A DNA stretch of 64,000 nt, from positions 868,001 through 932,000 of the forward strand of contig MU008182.1 of assembly GCA_010909165.1 (NCBI GenBank), written 5' to 3'. The position numbers and the translations under genes are program-made. The notes under the pieces were generated by a model that had not been told where the DNA came from, searched no databases, and saw only the letters and a list, made by a program, of their open reading frames with translations. This document shows positions 59,380 through 64,000 of this stretch, one piece after another. Every line of letters begins with the position of its first letter. Position 1 is the stretch's first letter. This DNA comes from Anthoceros angustus (lineage: Eukaryota; Plantae; Anthocerotophyta).

Positions 59380-59950
59380 TCTCAATAATCTTGGGCAGGA
59401 GCATTGGAGCACTGTTCAACATTTCGCTATCTGGAATGTATTATGCATTATAGGCTCTGCTTCAAGGAGGAGACAAGAGTACCATATGGGGCTTTGCAGA
59501 CGTTGATTGGGCCATTAACCCCGACACATGACGAAGCATCTCCGCGTACTGCTTTACCTTGTCTCATGCTGCCATCAACTGGAGTTCGAAAAAACAAGTC
59601 TTTGTGGCTCTTAGGTCGATAGAGGCTGAATACAAGGCTTTGACGGATGCCGCAAATGAAGCGATTTGGGAATGCAGTTTTCTTCATGGTTTAGGGTTCA
59701 CGCAGTTTGCCCCTACTCCAATTGTTTGCAACAACATGTCCACCATCGCCATGACTGCCAACCCTCGCTTCCACGCTCGCACCAAACACATAGAGGTGCA
59801 TCACCATTATATCAGGCACTACGTAGAATAGACGAATGTCAAAGTAGAGTACATTCACATAGATCAAAACACGGCTGATATGCTCACAAACATCTACCTA
59901 CGTACTTTGTACATCTTGCACATGGAGTCGCTAGGACTTAGGACTTATCC
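59380..59950 (+). mobile_element. Ty1/copia RNase H remnant resembling copia B
   Basis: AAINWSSKKQ..ALRSIEAEYKALTDAANEAIW, CNNMS..ANPRFHARTKHIEVHHHYIR. Confidence 0.85.
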
Positions 59951-60249
59951 CCCATTCTTGTAGTAAGGATTGCAATAGCTTCCTCATTTGAGATCCAGTC
60001 ATCCTTCTCAGTCTCCGGCTCACAACGCATATAGGATTCCGTCAGGGTGACCCTTTTCCATCATTGCAAGCTATAGCGGATGAAGCTTTAGTTCATACCT
60101 AATCTTGTACTCTTGCAGCTCAGCTCCAAGACCGGTTCTTATGTTTTTTGTGGCAACGGCGTAATGGCGGCATACTTGAGCACCTCCATAAGCGCAGCCT
60201 CCCTTGCCCTCAGCTCTGTCACACGAGGTAAGTACTTGCATTCATATCC

Positions 60250-60950
60250 TCAACAGACAACCAAGCAAAACAAATCTAATACGCTGGTATTGGGGCAAAC
60301 CAATATTGGTTGAGTGGATGAGTGCAAGGCTGAGTGGGATTGCCTTGCACTCACCCACTCAACCAAGCGTTCAGCAAGTCCATCGGCTTGAGGATGATCT
60401 CTCGGCGTCCGTCGATGATGAATCAAGCTCATGTCAAGCAAGTCTTGAAATCCTCAACGGAATTCTTTGCCCTGGTCAGTGAGAACCTTTGTACATGCTC
60501 CATGCCGACTAAGGACAAAAGCCAAGAACGCCTTACTAGTAAGTTGAGAGTCCCACTTAGGTAAGATGGCAACCTCGTACCACTTGCTAAAATGCTCCAC
60601 CATTAGCATGACATGCTTGTTTCCAGTTTAGGCAATCTTTGCCCCAGAACGCCGTTTTCTTTTTGTCTTCTTCGGCGATCTCCACTTGGTGAACCCTTAC
60701 ATCAAGTCCAATGTTGAGAAGAACTTGGCAGACCTAATGGTATCGAAGATCTCTTCGACCGTCGACATGGGATAGTGGTTATGTGGGATTCGCTCATTTA
60801 ACGGGCGATACTCACCACACAATCTCCTCTTTGCCCACAGTCCATTCTCATCCTTCTTTTTTGGAAGCATTGTCGCAGCTGTATACTGCTAGTTAGATCG
60901 TCGAATCATCTCTAGCTTGAGGTGCTCTTGGCATCGATTCTCAACCAAAT
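60250..60950 (-). mobile_element. Ty3/gypsy integrase and RT remnants inside a fold-back structure
   Basis: HPQADGLAERLV (integrase) and EYRPLNERIPHNHYPMSTVEEIFDTIRSAKFFSTLDL (RT) on the - strand. Confidence 0.75.
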
Positions 60951-61420
60951 CCCACTCAACCTTGCATATTACGTGTAATAATGGTTGCCACTTATATTTG
61001 CATATTTGACTATTTGCTTGGTTGTCTGTCGTGGAAGTGCTCATATGAATGCAAGTACTTACCTCGTGCAACAGCTGTCCTACCGTGTGAAACTAATCTC
61101 TACACTTGGGTTTAGTGTTTGATTATTAGCATTAATTAATCTAAAATGCTTATCGTTAAGTAAGTAATTAGCATTAATTATCATAAAATCCTTATGTTTA
61201 TTAAGTATTGATTAAGGTTAATTAAAAATGGTTAGCAATAGCTAAGTGGATAAACACAAGTAATATGCTTTAGTATATTCCTTGCATATTATAGTGTATT
61301 TTTAGGATATTTCCGGCATATGCTGATGCCAATAGGATATCTTAGGAATATGCCGATGCCAAGGGCTAGTATATATAGACCCTTTCACAGAAGACAAGTT
61401 CAGATCATAGCTTGACCTTT

Positions 61421-61705
61421 AGATATGCAATGCAAGAGTGTTGTGAGGAGTCCTCTAAATATGCAATGCAAGAGTGTTGTGAGGAGTCCTCTAGATATGC
61501 AAAGCAAGAGTGTTGTGAGGAGGCTCTCTAGAGATGCAATGTGAGAGTGTTGTGAGGAGTCCTCTAGACATGCAATGTAAAAGTGTTGTAGGAGGCCATC
61601 TATAAATGCAATGCAAGAGTGTTGTAAGGAGACCCTCTATAGATGCAATGCAAGAGTGTTGTGAGGAGGCCCTCTAGATATGCAATGCAAGAGTGTTGTA
61701 AGAGT
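61421..61705. repeat. 36-37-bp minisatellite, about 7.5 copies, possibly inside a solo LTR (61086-61963)
   Basis: Unit agatatgcaatgcaagagtgttgtgaggagtcctct is contiguous. The enclosing segment begins TGTGAAAC and ends GTTTCAACA, but no TSD was found. Confidence 0.85.
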
Positions 61706-62052
61706 GTTGCAAGAGTATTATAACCTCACAATTGAACTAGATGTGAGATTTTGCATGGGCTGCAGAGTGGTATGTGTCAACGCGAATCGGCGCATCGCGA
61801 AGTTGGCGGCATCGTGGGGGCCCAACACACCATATAGTCATATCACTACCCAAGGTTATATTGAAGAATACAAAACACTCAACGAGTCATTGTCACTCTT
61901 ATTAAGAGTCAAATCTCAAGAATGCGTGATAGTATATATGTAATAAAGCAGAATGTTTCAACAACGCCCTCGCATCCAAACTGTGCACCACTAGCCTGAA
62001 CCCGTCCCCAACAAGGCCTCCAATATGCAAGCATTTTTTAAAAAGGAGCTCC

Positions 62053-63255
62053 TCAGTTAGCCTTTCCTGCACCATGCTCACCTTCATACCCAGCTACGGT
62101 CTCGGCCGAAGCCGTGCAAAATGCCGGAAAAACTCGGGGTCCCCAGCAATGATGAGGGCAACCGCCTCCTTGATTGCCACATGTTGACGGTTTGCACTTG
62201 CCCACAATGCCTTCTTCAGCAGCAGATAAGACCATCAACTCTGGGTTGCAGGCTTTCATGTCCGCCTTGAAGGCTTTTTTCATGAAAGTTGATCCCGGCG
62301 CATCTTGCCACACCTTGTGCACTCCGTCCACCTAGCTCCCAAGGGCGTGTGCGATAGTGGCTATGGTCATCGGGCATGACACTTGCACGGTCGCGAGCAC
62401 CATGTACACGAGGTAGCCAAAGAAGCGTGCATGGCACTCAAGGCCTGCGGGTTAGAATGAAAGGCCTGCAGTTAGCATCAGCATTTCACACGCACGCGCC
62501 TCACCACAGATTCACTCATCCGCGAGATCGACTTGCCCTTCTTGATGTGGTACTATGTCCCCGAGCCCCCAGGATTGTCCCTCACCTCGAACACGCAGTT
62601 GAGGAACATAGGGTTCTGCTAGAATTGCCGCCATGCCTCGCCGATGCAGCATCGAGTTGGCCCCCGGCGTCCACCGTCTCCGCCTCCGGCAGAGAACCCC
62701 TCCATGCCTCGTTGCGTACTGCACAGTGAACTGTGGAAACACACCCTTTCCCTCGCCATGTTCCTGGAAGAGTTCATACAAGGCGCCGCACTCACATCCA
62801 GCCTCTACCTGCGAGCTCCACCAAGTCAGGAAAGTAGCCGTGTCCGGCGAAGATTCTCGCCGGTCATATGGAGCAACGCAGGAGGAGTGTCATATCTTAC
62901 CTTCACCACAGTCCGCCTCTTACAGAGTCGATGCTGCGAAGACGTAGACCCGGCCTTGGATCTGGGGGCGATAGAGCCCGAGGACTTGCTGGAGACGTGG
63001 TCCACAACCAACTTGCGCCACTCCCTTGAGGAGGAGTTGCTACGCCTGCACGACCGTCACCGCCACTGGATGAGAGAGTGCGCCATGGCAGAAAGGAGCG
63101 TCTCTACTTGTGCGCAAGCGTTCGCAGCTCTCAGCCTAGAAGTGGCGCAAGTCACGCTTGCTAGCACCTCATGGCTGAAGCCAAAGATTAAGCTTTGGGC
63201 TTGCCACTCCTATCACCGGAGCCCAGGTAAGGACGAGGATGAGACCCAATGCTAG
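62053..63255. other. GC-rich coding-like segment with unassigned ORFs on both strands
   Basis: ORFs 62053-62331(-), 62512-62781(-) and 62644-63255(+). No domain confidently recognised. Confidence 0.2.
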
Positions 63256-64000
63256 AGATAGTGTACCCATCTACAAAGAACGTTGTGAAGCATTATCCTT
63301 GCATTTGCACATCTAGATTTTGCAAAATAGGCGAGGTGGGCGTTTGCTATCCCGAAGCGATCCTTACGGGTCACACAAGTGAGTGGCTGTATATTAATAT
63401 TACGTAAATAGAAATAGATTTTAACTCACATCCTTGGTCACTTTTATGTTCTTCAATCTCTTGATTCGCGCGTGCGAAGTGCGAAGTAAGGTCTTCGCGG
63501 CATCTCATGTTCATAAAAGCTCCATGCCGGACTAGATGCACATGCCATGGATCCGTGGCATCTCATGGTCACAAAAGCCCTCATGCCCGAATGGTGGGCA
63601 TCTGCGAAGGGCACCACTACGTTGCGAGCGGTGCGCGAGAGAGAACTTTTTACAAGCGTGGAAAGCAAAATCGGTTTGGGGTGGTAAGCAGAAGAGCACC
63701 CCATCTGAGGTCTTATCCACTGTGATACGAGCGATGAGGTTCTTAGATCCGCTGAGCTACCTCAACACGAAGGATTTCGAATGCTGTGTGGAGGGAGAAA
63801 CTGTTCACATCCAAAAGAAGACGAACCTGTAGGTCAGCAGGTAGACATTTGGATTGTTAATGCTTACGCAGCAGCCTTGGTGGGCTGGATCATGCCATGG
63901 CAAGCAAGGGGTGCGCAAGAACTGGAAATCAGTGATGGAATCAAACTGAAGCTTGAAGACAGCCTGAAATGCATGGAATACTAGGCACTGTAAGTAGCCA

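Noticed and set aside
61421-61705. 36-bp repeats as a CRISPR array
   Set aside because: Units are contiguous with no unique spacers, there are no cas genes, and the context is eukaryotic.
1-64000. Bacterial origin or horizontally transferred operon
   Set aside because: Spliceosomal introns, plant PPR, TRM13 and ACY1 genes and LTR retrotransposons throughout. No prokaryotic gene organisation was seen.

Overview
Eukaryotic land-plant nuclear DNA. A hornwort, or another seed-free plant with heavy organellar RNA editing, is the most likely source. This is inferred from compact genes with about 80-135 bp GT-AG introns, telo-boxes at divergent promoters and an expanded set of PLS-class PPR genes with a 'WW' PG-box. 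Bases 1-17.4 kb are gene-dense: a P-class PPR, a DnaJ-like zinc-finger gene, an 8-finger U1/matrin-type zinc-finger gene, aminoacylase-1, a PLS-E-DYW:WW PPR, a five-exon gene fusing an OSB-type PDF motif to PLS PPR repeats, and an inverted aminoacylase fragment. Bases 20.3-46.9 kb are a retrotransposon nest: copia remnants, a gypsy element (TSD CCTAC) containing copia A (TSD TTGGC), which contains copia B (TSD GATAC), plus an inverted solo LTR (TSD AAAAT). The gypsy family and copia A both have non-canonical AG..CT LTR ends. Bases 47.7-58.2 kb hold three more PLS PPR paralogues, a PPR fragment and TRM13. Bases 59.4-64 kb hold TE debris, fold-back structures and a 36-bp minisatellite. No rRNA, tRNA or CRISPR array was seen. 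Parts of the TE nest show indel-rich duplications that may be long-read assembly artefacts. The best candidates for novelty are the PDF-PPR fusion and the AG..CT-terminated LTR families. No database search was possible, so novelty is untested.
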